DNA from: Capsulimonadales bacterium
GTDB lineage: Bacteria > Armatimonadota > Armatimonadia > Armatimonadales > Armatimonadaceae
Assembly: GCA_033762295.1 (NCBI GenBank)
Contig: JANRLW010000038.1
Coordinates: 15,810-79,809, forward strand
Direction of reading: 5' to 3'
DNA: 64,000 nt
In this document: in pieces, positions 20,871-29,965 of the stretch
Layout of the letters: each line of letters starts with the position of its first letter
How positions within the stretch are numbered: position 1 is the stretch's first letter
Program-made: the position numbers and the translations under genes
The notes under the pieces: generated by a model
Seen by the model: the letters and a program-made list of their open reading frames with translations, nothing else
Database searches by the model: none
Told to the model about the DNA's origin: nothing

Positions 20871-23609
20871 CTACGGTTTTTCCAGCGAGGCGAGGGGGTT
20901 GGCCGCGTTATCGGGATTGCGAGAAAAGCCCGGGTCGGTTTGCGTCTCCAGAACGAACCCATGCCAGGCATCGTTTCGGACCATTCGTTCGCAAAGCATC
21001 CGTAAGGAGCGGCGGTCGATTCCCGACCATAGTTGAATAATGCGATACGCCAGACGGGATTGCGCCTTCGCCTGCGTGACCTCGTCGGCGGGCCGTTCTC
21101 CCCCTGGAAAAATGTCTCTATAAAACGGGAGCGGCGCGTCCGGTCGATCCCACGAACCGAACCAGGGTCGATACCGTCCCTCCGTCGTCCGGGCGGCGAT
21201 CAGAAGGTCGAAGGACCTATCGCCCGTCCCGATCGTCCCCTCATACAGCGATCGGAGGAAGGCCACGTTCGTTTCCCGACGGAACTTGCTCCATTGCTCG
21301 GTAAGTTCCCGCTCCCGGTCGAAACCGTCAAAGAACGCCAGCCGGGTATTGGCCCGCCCCGTTCGATAGTAGTTCGGAAACACATCGATCGGATCGCTAT
21401 GATTCCGGCGAAGGAACTTCAGGCGCATATCCTCGCCGTACCCGAGTTCCGTTTCGGGATCGCTGCTCGTCAAAAACCGATCGTCGGAACCGCGATAGCC
21501 GTTCGGGGCGTCCGTTCGCCAGACGACACCGGCGATTCCCTCCCGTTTCCGCAATGCGACCAGCAGTTCGGTCAGGTCCTCGCGCACTCCCGGTCCGCTC
21601 GGCGAAACGTAGACCGGCCCGTTGGGCATGGGGAACGACGGAGGTTGGGGGCCGCGCTTCGCCTGTGCGAACCACGCCTGACGCCGCAACTGACGTATCT
21701 CCGCTTCCAGGGAATTGTCACCGAGAATCGTTCGATCGCGGACGGATTCGGAGGCGTTGGCGGGAGCCCAGGCCAGCAGATCGACGACCGGAAAGACACG
21801 AATCCCGGTTCCCTTCGCCGCCTCCAGAGCCAGCGTCAGCACATCGCCTTCCGGTTTTCCGGCGGTCGGCGCCGACCGCTTCGTTCCGCCGATATGGGCG
21901 ACACCATCCGAGAAGACATCCAGCCAGAGTTCGTTGAACGTCAGGCGTTTCATCGAAGAGATCAGGGCGTTCACCTCGTCCGCCGTTCGTGGCCGGGCAT
22001 ACACCGCCCGCCGTTCGATCGCCTTCATCAGGGCTATCAGGTCGTCGATCGTCGGCGGTTTCGGAGAATCCGGCGGCTCCGTCGACGGAACGGATGGTTT
22101 CGCCTCCGCCCGCATTTTCTCCGCCATTAGGTGCATCGCCTGTTGCGACGGGCGGAAAATTCCGGTCATATCCATGCTCAGGTTGACCGGACCGTCGAGC
22201 GAGGGCAGCAACAGTTGGAGCATCGGGTTCGCCTGAACGAGAAACGTGCCCTCCAGCGTTCGTTCCGGGTCCCGCCGGCGGTAGTTATAGGTGATACGGG
22301 CGACCTCCTGTTGCGCGGGCGACAGTTCCGCGAACGGCACCTCCGCCTGTTCCTGACTGTGATAGGCGATACCGAACGGATCGTTCCTCTTGGCGTCGGC
22401 GAGTTTGCGCTGTGCGGCGTTCATCGCCAGCGGTTCATCGAACGTCGGCAGAACGCGCTGCGGATACCGTTCCAAAATTTCGTCCCCGGCGCTTTCGAGG
22501 GCGGTCCGGCGCAACTCCTCCGCCTGCCGTTCGAAACTCGCCCACCGCTGTCGACGCGTCCCGATGCCGACCCGGTCGTCGGTCAGGACGAACGCCGGGC
22601 CGACCCGACGGTAAGCGCCGGTCACGCTCAGTGCCAGAGCGCGCAGCACATCGGCGGCCCGCCCTTCCGGTCTGCCGATCACCGTCACCCTTTTGTTCTC
22701 CAAACGGTAGTCGGCATAGAGTTCGGTTTTTGTCGCACGCCCAATTCGCTCGATCAGTTCGCCGACCGTCCGCACGCTTTCCAGCGAAACGGCGACCTGC
22801 AGGGAAGGCGTCGAGAAATCCAGGTCCCCTGGTTTCAGCCGGTTCGGCACCTCGGTCCGGACCCTGGCGCCGCTCACCCGGTCCGCCTCAAAGTTCTCCG
22901 GGGCGATCTGGAAATAGCGGGGCGGCGCCTTTTTCGGGCGGAAACCCATTCCGAAGACATGGTGTGTCGGCTTGCCCGCGACCGGCATGCCGAGCGATAC
23001 CATCTGCCCGAGACGCAGTCGCGCCTGCGGCAGTTCCTCGCTCCGATCCTGAATATCCTCGTCGCGATTCGGTCCGTCCGGCACGTCGTACTGCACGCGC
23101 AGAACGCCGTTCGGGAACAGGGCGCGAAAGAGATCCCGTTGCTCTTTGGTGTTGAGTTCCTGTACGGCGACTCCGTTCCTGCTGACGAACGCCTTCCATT
23201 GTTCGGGGGTAAAGGTGGCGGCGAGCAGCTTGAAGAGATCGCCGGGCGGCGCTCCGTCCCAGGGGTTCGGTTCGGCGGACGGGGAGTGCAGGAGGGACAT
23301 CGTTCGAGGGACCAGCGCCAGCAGTTCCCCGGAGGGAACCGCTTTCCTTCCGAATGCGGCGGCGATTTGCGAGGGCGACGGGCGTCCGGGCAGCGATACC
23401 GCGTCACGGGTTCGAAAGGCGCGATCGGGCGCGACGACCAGTATCGTGCGTGTCCCGGCGACCGGATACGCCGCCAGAGCCGCTTCCAGATTCAGCGGCG
23501 CGAGCGAAACGCGGGGCGGCGCACTCTGCCCCTTTGCCGAAACGCTCCATAGAATCATCGCTACCGGCGCCACAAGACGAACGATGACACGGTTTGCTCG
23601 ACGGACCAT
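20871..23609 (-). CDS. Large secreted protein with probable C-terminal GHL10/DUF187-like TIM barrel
   Basis: Signal peptide; the segment FNELWLDVF...GDVLTLALEAAKGTGIRVFPVV resembles that family. Confidence 0.55.
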   Translation of the reverse strand: MVRRANRVIVRLVAPVAMILWSVSAKGQSAPPRVSLAPLNLEAALAAYPVAGTRTILVVAPDRAFRTRDAVSLPGRPSPSQIAAAFGRKAVPSGELLALVPRTMSLLHSPSAEPNPWDGAPPGDLFKLLAATFTPEQWKAFVSRNGVAVQELNTKEQRDLFRALFPNGVLRVQYDVPDGPNRDEDIQDRSEELPQARLRLGQMVSLGMPVAGKPTHHVFGMGFRPKKAPPRYFQIAPENFEADRVSGARVRTEVPNRLKPGDLDFSTPSLQVAVSLESVRTVGELIERIGRATKTELYADYRLENKRVTVIGRPEGRAADVLRALALSVTGAYRRVGPAFVLTDDRVGIGTRRQRWASFERQAEELRRTALESAGDEILERYPQRVLPTFDEPLAMNAAQRKLADAKRNDPFGIAYHSQEQAEVPFAELSPAQQEVARITYNYRRRDPERTLEGTFLVQANPMLQLLLPSLDGPVNLSMDMTGIFRPSQQAMHLMAEKMRAEAKPSVPSTEPPDSPKPPTIDDLIALMKAIERRAVYARPRTADEVNALISSMKRLTFNELWLDVFSDGVAHIGGTKRSAPTAGKPEGDVLTLALEAAKGTGIRVFPVVDLLAWAPANASESVRDRTILGDNSLEAEIRQLRRQAWFAQAKRGPQPPSFPMPNGPVYVSPSGPGVREDLTELLVALRKREGIAGVVWRTDAPNGYRGSDDRFLTSSDPETELGYGEDMRLKFLRRNHSDPIDVFPNYYRTGRANTRLAFFDGFDRERELTEQWSKFRRETNVAFLRSLYEGTIGTGDRSFDLLIAARTTEGRYRPWFGSWDRPDAPLPFYRDIFPGGERPADEVTQAKAQSRLAYRIIQLWSGIDRRSLRMLCERMVRNDAWHGFVLETQTDPGFSRNPDNAANPLASLEKP

Positions 23610-23724
23610 AGCTACCCTCTTCCGTATCCCGACGAGAGACCGTTCCGCTTTTTTCGCCGTGATTCCTCTCCGGCTGGCGCAGTTCCGTCCCTTCCAACGT
23701 CGCGGCCTGTATAATGCGTGGAGT

Positions 23725-25017
23725 ATGTCCTATCGCGATCTGCTGGCGATCCGACCCTTCCGTAACCTCTGGCTCGGTCAGGCTATCTCTCAACTGGGGG
23801 ACGCCCTCTATGCTCTGGTTTTCCTCTTCATGGTCGATAAACTGACCGGGGACGCCCGGATGGTCGGCATCGCCGGGGTCGCCCAGACGCTGCCCTTCCT
23901 ACTCCTGTCGCTCCATGCCGGGGTCGTGGCGGACCGACAGGACCGACGCCGGATCATGCTCTTCGCGGACGTGGCGAGCGCGATCATCCTGGTGACTTTC
24001 GGCCTGGTGCTCTGGTTCATTCCGAAGCCGCCGGTCGTCGCCCTGATCGGGGTCGGTGGCGCTCTTTCGCTGGTGAACGTCTTCTTCGCCCCGGCGAAGA
24101 GCGCGGCCATCCCGCGTCTGGTCCCTCCCGAAGCGCTTTCGACGGCGAACGGCCTGTCGATGGCGACCCAGAGTTTCATGCCGCTGATCGGTATGGCGAT
24201 CTCCGGCGCGGTTCTCGGAGCGCTGTACGCCATCTCGCCGACCTATTTCTTTCTGTCGGCGGTTCTTCTCAACGCGCTCTCCTTCGGACTCTCCGCCGTC
24301 TATATCCGTCGTCTCCCGCCGCTTCTCCCGGACAAAGTCGCCGATTCGTCGTCCGTCTCCCCGCTGCGGCAGTCGTGGCGGGATACCATCGACGGTCTGC
24401 GATATATGCGCCGTGAGCATGTGCTTTTTGTGGTCCTGATCCTGACCCTTCTGTTCCAGTTCTTCGTCGCGCCGTTTATGGTCGTCTATGTCAAGGTGAA
24501 CCGGGAATGGTTCGGCGGCGCCTATGCGACTCTGGCGTTATGCGAGGGGTCGTTCTTCACCGGAATGATCCTGAGCGGTATCTGGGTCGGGCGGCGGGAG
24601 ATACGGCGTCCGGGTATCGCCTTCATTCAGGGGATTACGATCCTCGGTCTGACGATCGCGGCCATGGCGTTCTCGCGTCCGGTCGGATGGTTCGCTTTCT
24701 GGAACTTCGTCGCCGGTCTCGGGATTCCGCTGGCGCAACTTCCGATGACCACGTATATCCAGACCGTCGTTCCGGACCATTTCCGCGGGCGTGTGAATTC
24801 CGTGCTGACCATGGTGAGTATGGGTGTCCAACCGGTCGCGATCGGATTGGGCGGCGTGCTGCTCGAAGCGATCGGCCCGTCGAACATGCTTCTGGTGATG
24901 GGTCTGGCGATGGCCGCCTCGGCCGTCGCCGGGTTCGCCGACCGCGCCTTTCGCACCGCGACACTGGGAGATCCGGGCAGCTACCGGGAAGTGTCCGACG
25001 GAAAGTCGGATTTATAG
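23725..25017 (+). CDS. MFS transporter (DHA3-like)
   Basis: About 12 TM helices; GVVADRQDRRRIM; FRGRVNS. Confidence 0.9.
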   Translation: MSYRDLLAIRPFRNLWLGQAISQLGDALYALVFLFMVDKLTGDARMVGIAGVAQTLPFLLLSLHAGVVADRQDRRRIMLFADVASAIILVTFGLVLWFIPKPPVVALIGVGGALSLVNVFFAPAKSAAIPRLVPPEALSTANGLSMATQSFMPLIGMAISGAVLGALYAISPTYFFLSAVLLNALSFGLSAVYIRRLPPLLPDKVADSSSVSPLRQSWRDTIDGLRYMRREHVLFVVLILTLLFQFFVAPFMVVYVKVNREWFGGAYATLALCEGSFFTGMILSGIWVGRREIRRPGIAFIQGITILGLTIAAMAFSRPVGWFAFWNFVAGLGIPLAQLPMTTYIQTVVPDHFRGRVNSVLTMVSMGVQPVAIGLGGVLLEAIGPSNMLLVMGLAMAASAVAGFADRAFRTATLGDPGSYREVSDGKSDL

Positions 25018-25156
25018 ATCGTTCGAAGGACCGGACAAAGGGATTTGTGAAAGACGTGATTGCCCTTCCATGATACTCTGAAGTGTCGGAGTTCGGTTCC
25101 TTCGCCCTGACATACTCCGAGAACGTTTCGAATCCTCCGACGAGAAGGGTGGGCCA

Positions 25157-26854
25157 ATGCGATCCAAATCCGGCACCTCGATTTTAATCTACGGTGTTGT
25201 ATGCCTGTTTCTGTCGTTGCTTCCCTTTTTCACGAGCGGGTGCGGCGGTGGTGATGGCCGCCCTACGGCCACCTCGGCCGCCGAAAATGCCACCGGGAAG
25301 GCGGTTTTGACCGTCCGCTGGCCGGAACGCTCCCGCCTGATTCCGTTCGCCGCCGAAAGTCTGCAGATTCAAATCGTGCGCGGTTCCTCACTTCTTGCCC
25401 AGGGAATTCTCCGGCGTCCTGCCGATGGCGGTTCCGCGTCCCTGCAGTTCGATCGCCTTCCGACGGGATGGGTCGTCGTTCGTGCAACGGCTCACCCGGC
25501 GGCGGACGGTTCCGGCGTCGCTCAGGCACGGGCGGAAATCGGCGTTGAGGTATTATCCGGCAAGGTGACTCCGGTCAAGGCGACTCTGACCTCGACCATC
25601 GATCGGCTGGAGGTCACTCCGTCCCCGGCCGAAATCACCGTCGGCGAGACGGTCCATCTGACCGCCACAGCGCGAAACCGCGAGAACGAAGCGGTCCTGA
25701 CTACCGGAGCTACTTATGAATGGGTCTCGACCAGCCCCGATCTCGTGACCGTCGACGCGGGGGGAATCGTCAAAGGGGTTCGCGCCGGTTCCGGAAGCGT
25801 CGAAGTAACCGAAACGGAATCCGGAAAGAAGGCGACGGTGCCCGTCACCGTCGTTGCCGCGCCCACACCGACACCTACCCCTACCGGCACCCCATCCTCC
25901 ACTCCGACACCGACACCTACCCCGACTCCGACACCGACTCCACCGCCGCCGGGCGAACCGAGAATCATCCCGCTGGTTACGAACGATCTCGCCTATGATA
26001 AGTTTTCGGGAAAACTGTACGTTTCGATCCCCGGTTCGGTGGGTGCGACCGGAAACAGTATTCGGTCGATCGACCCGATAACGGGTAACATCGGGCCGGC
26101 GATCTTTATCGGCAGTGAACCGGGGGGACTTCGCGTCACCCGAGACGGGAAATATCTCTATGTCGCCCTGAACGGCGCTCGTGCCATCCGTATCTTCGAC
26201 CTCGCCACGCAAACCGCGGGCCTTGAGTTCGGACTGGACAACCGGGCCGTGATCGATATGGAGGTGATTGCCGGTCACCCGGACCGCCTGATCGTGATCC
26301 GGCATGATACGCGTTTCAGCCCGCCGGGCGGCGTGGACACCGCGATCTATGCGAACGGCGTGCCGGAGGCGCAAACGATTGGCGGGGTCAGCACCATCGT
26401 TACCAACGAGGATGGTTCCCGTCTCTACGGATACGACGGGTTCCTGAGCAGTTTCGGCTTTTTGAAACAGCCCCTCGCCAACGGTACGTGGGCCGACGGC
26501 GCACAATGGGGTACCGGCATGATCAATTCCTATAATGTCGGCATCGAATACGGGGGAGGACGCGTCTACGCCACCAACGGCGAGGTGATTGATCCGGAAC
26601 AGCTACGAACCGTCGGTCGGATCGGCGGGGGTGTCCTCTGTCCCGACGCCGCGAATAAGCGGGTTTTCGTCATGGGAGGCGGAAACGGCGGCCCGAAAAT
26701 TACCGCCTACGATACCGAAACCTTTGTCCCGCTGGACTCCCGGACCGTGACCGGCGTCGGCGGGGGCGGCAGCCTGGTACGCTGGGGAGACAAGGGGCTG
26801 GCGTTCCGCACCGGCGATCAGGTGGTCATCCTTTCGGAGGCCCCCGGACTTTGA
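25157..26854 (+). CDS. Lipoprotein: conserved stalk + Big_2 Ig domain + PT linker + beta-propeller
   Basis: TSGC lipobox; Ig-like motif; (PT)n linker; DLAYD...LYV propeller blades. Confidence 0.75.
   Translation: MRSKSGTSILIYGVVCLFLSLLPFFTSGCGGGDGRPTATSAAENATGKAVLTVRWPERSRLIPFAAESLQIQIVRGSSLLAQGILRRPADGGSASLQFDRLPTGWVVVRATAHPAADGSGVAQARAEIGVEVLSGKVTPVKATLTSTIDRLEVTPSPAEITVGETVHLTATARNRENEAVLTTGATYEWVSTSPDLVTVDAGGIVKGVRAGSGSVEVTETESGKKATVPVTVVAAPTPTPTPTGTPSSTPTPTPTPTPTPTPPPPGEPRIIPLVTNDLAYDKFSGKLYVSIPGSVGATGNSIRSIDPITGNIGPAIFIGSEPGGLRVTRDGKYLYVALNGARAIRIFDLATQTAGLEFGLDNRAVIDMEVIAGHPDRLIVIRHDTRFSPPGGVDTAIYANGVPEAQTIGGVSTIVTNEDGSRLYGYDGFLSSFGFLKQPLANGTWADGAQWGTGMINSYNVGIEYGGGRVYATNGEVIDPEQLRTVGRIGGGVLCPDAANKRVFVMGGGNGGPKITAYDTETFVPLDSRTVTGVGGGGSLVRWGDKGLAFRTGDQVVILSEAPGL
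25862..25950 (+). repeat. Pro-Thr linker-coding repeat
   Basis: Degenerate 6-bp CCN-ACN repeat, in frame. Confidence 0.85.
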
Positions 26855-26912
26855 CCCCCGACCCTCATTCCGCCTCCAACGCCGACACTAACCCGGACTC
26901 CGAACGGGAGTG

Positions 26913-28787
26913 CTAGAGGGTCGGCGAAACGGACTCCCAGGTCCGGCCAACCCGATACTCATCGTAGAGTACGGGAACGCTGGACCCGATCCCGATATCC
27001 CCGATGACCTGCGGCGTGTCGATCGTTTCCGTGATCATGTCCGGAGCGGGCAACGGCTGTCCCACAGGCGGGTTGACCCAGCCTTCGAGCCTGTCCGACC
27101 CTTCCCGGAACCGCGCTCGCAACACCAGAAGGTAGGTGCGATTCGGCTCCGCACGGATCGAAGAGGTCACTCCGACTCCCCGCTTTCCGATCTCGAAGAA
27201 TGGACCGCTTCCCATACCAAACCCCATGTCGCTGAAACCGAATCCGAAGTAAGTGCCCGAACCGGACAGGTCCCCGGAAACCGCCCGTGGTCTCACCAAA
27301 ATGCTGAAGTAAAGCGTATCGCCTTCCACCCCGACCGGATAGGTGGGAATGTTGAAGTTGCCGACCGGGTAATAGGAGGTTGTTTCGAGCGCCTTCCCCG
27401 TCGTTTTCAATCCCGGATAGGTCAGGCCGGCGGTGGCGACCCGGGTCGGGGTGTGACGGCTATCGCCATAGTCGTTCCACCCGCGCGTCCAGCCGATTCC
27501 GCCCAGTTTTCCGGCAATATCCTCTCCGGAGGTATAGTCGAACCCGTCATAGACCAGTAAGGGTGCGGTCGGGGGCGCAGGAAAGGCGGTCGCCTCGAAC
27601 TCGACGATGTAGCTCGAATCGTCACCCGGATACGCGTCGTTCCAGCTTCCGTCGTCGAAACACGAAACGTAGTCCTCTCCGCCGCCCACGTTATTCGGTT
27701 CGCCGAATTGCCATCGAGTGTAACCCCACGGTTCACCGGTCACCCAGCGCCATCCTCCCCCGGGTTCGGAGTAATCCGGAGCGGTACGGTCCTGGAACGC
27801 GCCGATCCGCGCGCCGCCCAGAAAGAAGTGCGCGTTCAGGAACGCAAACTCCGCTTCGGAGTTCACGGTAACCAGATGTCCGGGTTTTCCCTGATAGGTT
27901 TGAGCGGCGGCGATATCGCGCAGGTGCTCAAAGTTGGTGCTGTCCTTAACGACATGGTAGAGCACATAGCAATGATCGGTTGCCGGATCGCAACGCACCT
28001 CCCCGCTTCCCGCCTTCGTCGGCGGGGGAGTCGGGGTCGGCGTTGGGGTCGGCGTCGGAGTTGGGGTAGGGGTTGGTGACGGAGTCGGAGTCGGCGTGGG
28101 AACCGTCGTCACGATCACGGAGACGGTCGCCGTCTTGCCCGATTCCGTTTCGGTGGCCGTCACCGTGGCTGTCCCGACCGCCAGACCGTTCAGTTTCCCG
28201 CCCGACTCCACGGAAGCCACGTCCGCCCTGTCGCTCGCCCAGGTTATCGTGGCCGGTTTCGTCAGCACCATGTCGTCGGCAGCGTTAAAGGCGGTGGCGA
28301 TCACGGGGGCGCTCTCCCCGACCCTGAGGGAGACGGATATCGGCGCGACCGCCAGACGATCGATCGTGCTACCCATCGTCAGGCCCACCTGCGTGGTCCG
28401 GTTCGCCTCGACCGTCACCGGGACACTGCCCGTCGCCTGCGCCACCCCGGAACCGTCCGCATTCGGATACGCGGACGCGGCGACCGTTGACAGTCCCGTC
28501 GGAACGCGCTCAAACGAGACCGACGTACTGCCCCCGTTCTCCGGCCGAATCAGGACCTTCTCCCCGAACAATCGGGTTCCCCGAAAAAGACGAACGTGGA
28601 TGCTCTCCGACGCGAACGGGATCAGACGCGAACGTTCCGGCCAGCGAACGGTCAACGCCGCCCGCCCGACGGTGGCGGACTCCGTCGATGGACGCGCTTC
28701 CGGCTTCGAACTGCCGCAGCCCGAAAGTAGCAACAAACCGGCAAAAAGAATCAGAAAGGGAAACGGCTTGAAGCCATCGTAACGCAT
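26913..28787 (-). CDS. Lipoprotein: conserved stalk + Big_2 + PT linker + C-type lectin domain + beta domain
   Basis: LSGC lipobox; GHLVTVNSEAE, WRWVTGE, GEPNN and WND motifs. Confidence 0.8.
   Translation of the reverse strand: MRYDGFKPFPFLILFAGLLLLSGCGSSKPEARPSTESATVGRAALTVRWPERSRLIPFASESIHVRLFRGTRLFGEKVLIRPENGGSTSVSFERVPTGLSTVAASAYPNADGSGVAQATGSVPVTVEANRTTQVGLTMGSTIDRLAVAPISVSLRVGESAPVIATAFNAADDMVLTKPATITWASDRADVASVESGGKLNGLAVGTATVTATETESGKTATVSVIVTTVPTPTPTPSPTPTPTPTPTPTPTPTPPPTKAGSGEVRCDPATDHCYVLYHVVKDSTNFEHLRDIAAAQTYQGKPGHLVTVNSEAEFAFLNAHFFLGGARIGAFQDRTAPDYSEPGGGWRWVTGEPWGYTRWQFGEPNNVGGGEDYVSCFDDGSWNDAYPGDDSSYIVEFEATAFPAPPTAPLLVYDGFDYTSGEDIAGKLGGIGWTRGWNDYGDSRHTPTRVATAGLTYPGLKTTGKALETTSYYPVGNFNIPTYPVGVEGDTLYFSILVRPRAVSGDLSGSGTYFGFGFSDMGFGMGSGPFFEIGKRGVGVTSSIRAEPNRTYLLVLRARFREGSDRLEGWVNPPVGQPLPAPDMITETIDTPQVIGDIGIGSSVPVLYDEYRVGRTWESVSPTL
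28021..28100 (-). repeat. Pro-Thr linker-coding repeat
   Basis: (PT)n in frame. Confidence 0.85.
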
Positions 28788-28825
28788 GCAAGTCCCCCTG
28801 ACCTCCTAATCGATATCGATGCGGA

Positions 28826-29857
28826 CTAATCGATGCTGACGCCGACTCCGCCCGTATCCGGGAACTCGCCTCCGACATTGACGTTTCCGGCCTCGACCGT
28901 AATCGCGAGGGTCGCGCTTTTCTCCGGATCGTACTGGCTGACCGCCACCACATGGTAGATACCGGGCGTTCCGGGAGCGATATACTGCCCGTTCGCATCG
29001 ATCGTCCCCCCGGTCGCCCCCTCCTGTACGGTCCAGGTTACCGCCTGATTGCTCGTCGTGCTGACCTGGGCGGTCAGGTTAAGCACACCGTTAATCGATA
29101 CCTTCGCCGGATTTGGAGAAAGGGTAACGACAGCGCGCGAACCGATCCGCACGGGAACCGGATCGCTCGCAACACCGTCCGCCGTCGCGAGGACACTGGC
29201 CATACCCGGCAGCAACCCCTCGGCCTGCCCGCCGACGAAGCGCAGACGATCCCTCCCCGATTCCACACGGAAAAGGAACGAACCGGGACTCAGCGGAACG
29301 ATCGCCTCTCCGTCACCGCGTGCCGTCGCCACGAGATCGTTCCGCTCCCCGACTATCGCGGACTGCCCCGACGCAAGTTCGATCCGACGCACGATTCCGT
29401 TGATCGCTACATCCGGCAGGTTGCCGTCCGGGCCCAGGGTGACGTTCGCCTGGCCCACACCGACGACGAGTTCGGTGCCATTGCCTCCGCCGAAGAAGGT
29501 AACGGTCAGAGTCCATTGGCCCAGACGCGCCGGTTCGGGCGCCACGACGGTCGCCTCATGCGGGCCGGGAGTCGCGCCCCGGTTCACCACGAAGACCAGA
29601 TCCGACCCGTCCGGCTTCGCGCCGGCCAGGCGAACGGCGACGGAGAGAGCGGAGTTCAGCCCGCCGGTCGCCCGGCTCCGCTCGCCCCAGCCAATCACCA
29701 TTCGAGGCGCGATGGTCGGAACGGGAGTGGGTGTCGGGGTCGGTGTCGGGGTGGGCGTCGGTCCCGGTTTCGGAGTACCGCCGCCGCCACCTCCTCCACA
29801 TCCGGGGAGAACGACGCAACAGAACACAACGACGGCGACAGGCAGAAGATTGCGCAT
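28826..29857 (-). CDS. Lipoprotein with Gly/PT linker and Ig-like domains
   Basis: LPGC lipobox; WGERSR motif; VTWTVQEG...G.Y.AP Ig-like motif. Confidence 0.75.
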   Translation of the reverse strand: MRNLLPVAVVVFCCVVLPGCGGGGGGGTPKPGPTPTPTPTPTPTPVPTIAPRMVIGWGERSRATGGLNSALSVAVRLAGAKPDGSDLVFVVNRGATPGPHEATVVAPEPARLGQWTLTVTFFGGGNGTELVVGVGQANVTLGPDGNLPDVAINGIVRRIELASGQSAIVGERNDLVATARGDGEAIVPLSPGSFLFRVESGRDRLRFVGGQAEGLLPGMASVLATADGVASDPVPVRIGSRAVVTLSPNPAKVSINGVLNLTAQVSTTSNQAVTWTVQEGATGGTIDANGQYIAPGTPGIYHVVAVSQYDPEKSATLAITVEAGNVNVGGEFPDTGGVGVSID

Positions 29858-29965
29858 GGAAAACCTCGGCGGAGCCGGGCAAGACGGTTACCGGCCTTGT
29901 CTGCCTCATTTTATCAATCGAGCGAACGGCTTGCCATCCGCAAGCGAGATCGCCGACCGGGAAAC

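Noticed and set aside
25862..29790. Short repeats as a possible CRISPR array
   Set aside because: They encode in-frame Pro-Thr/Gly linkers; no spacers or cas genes
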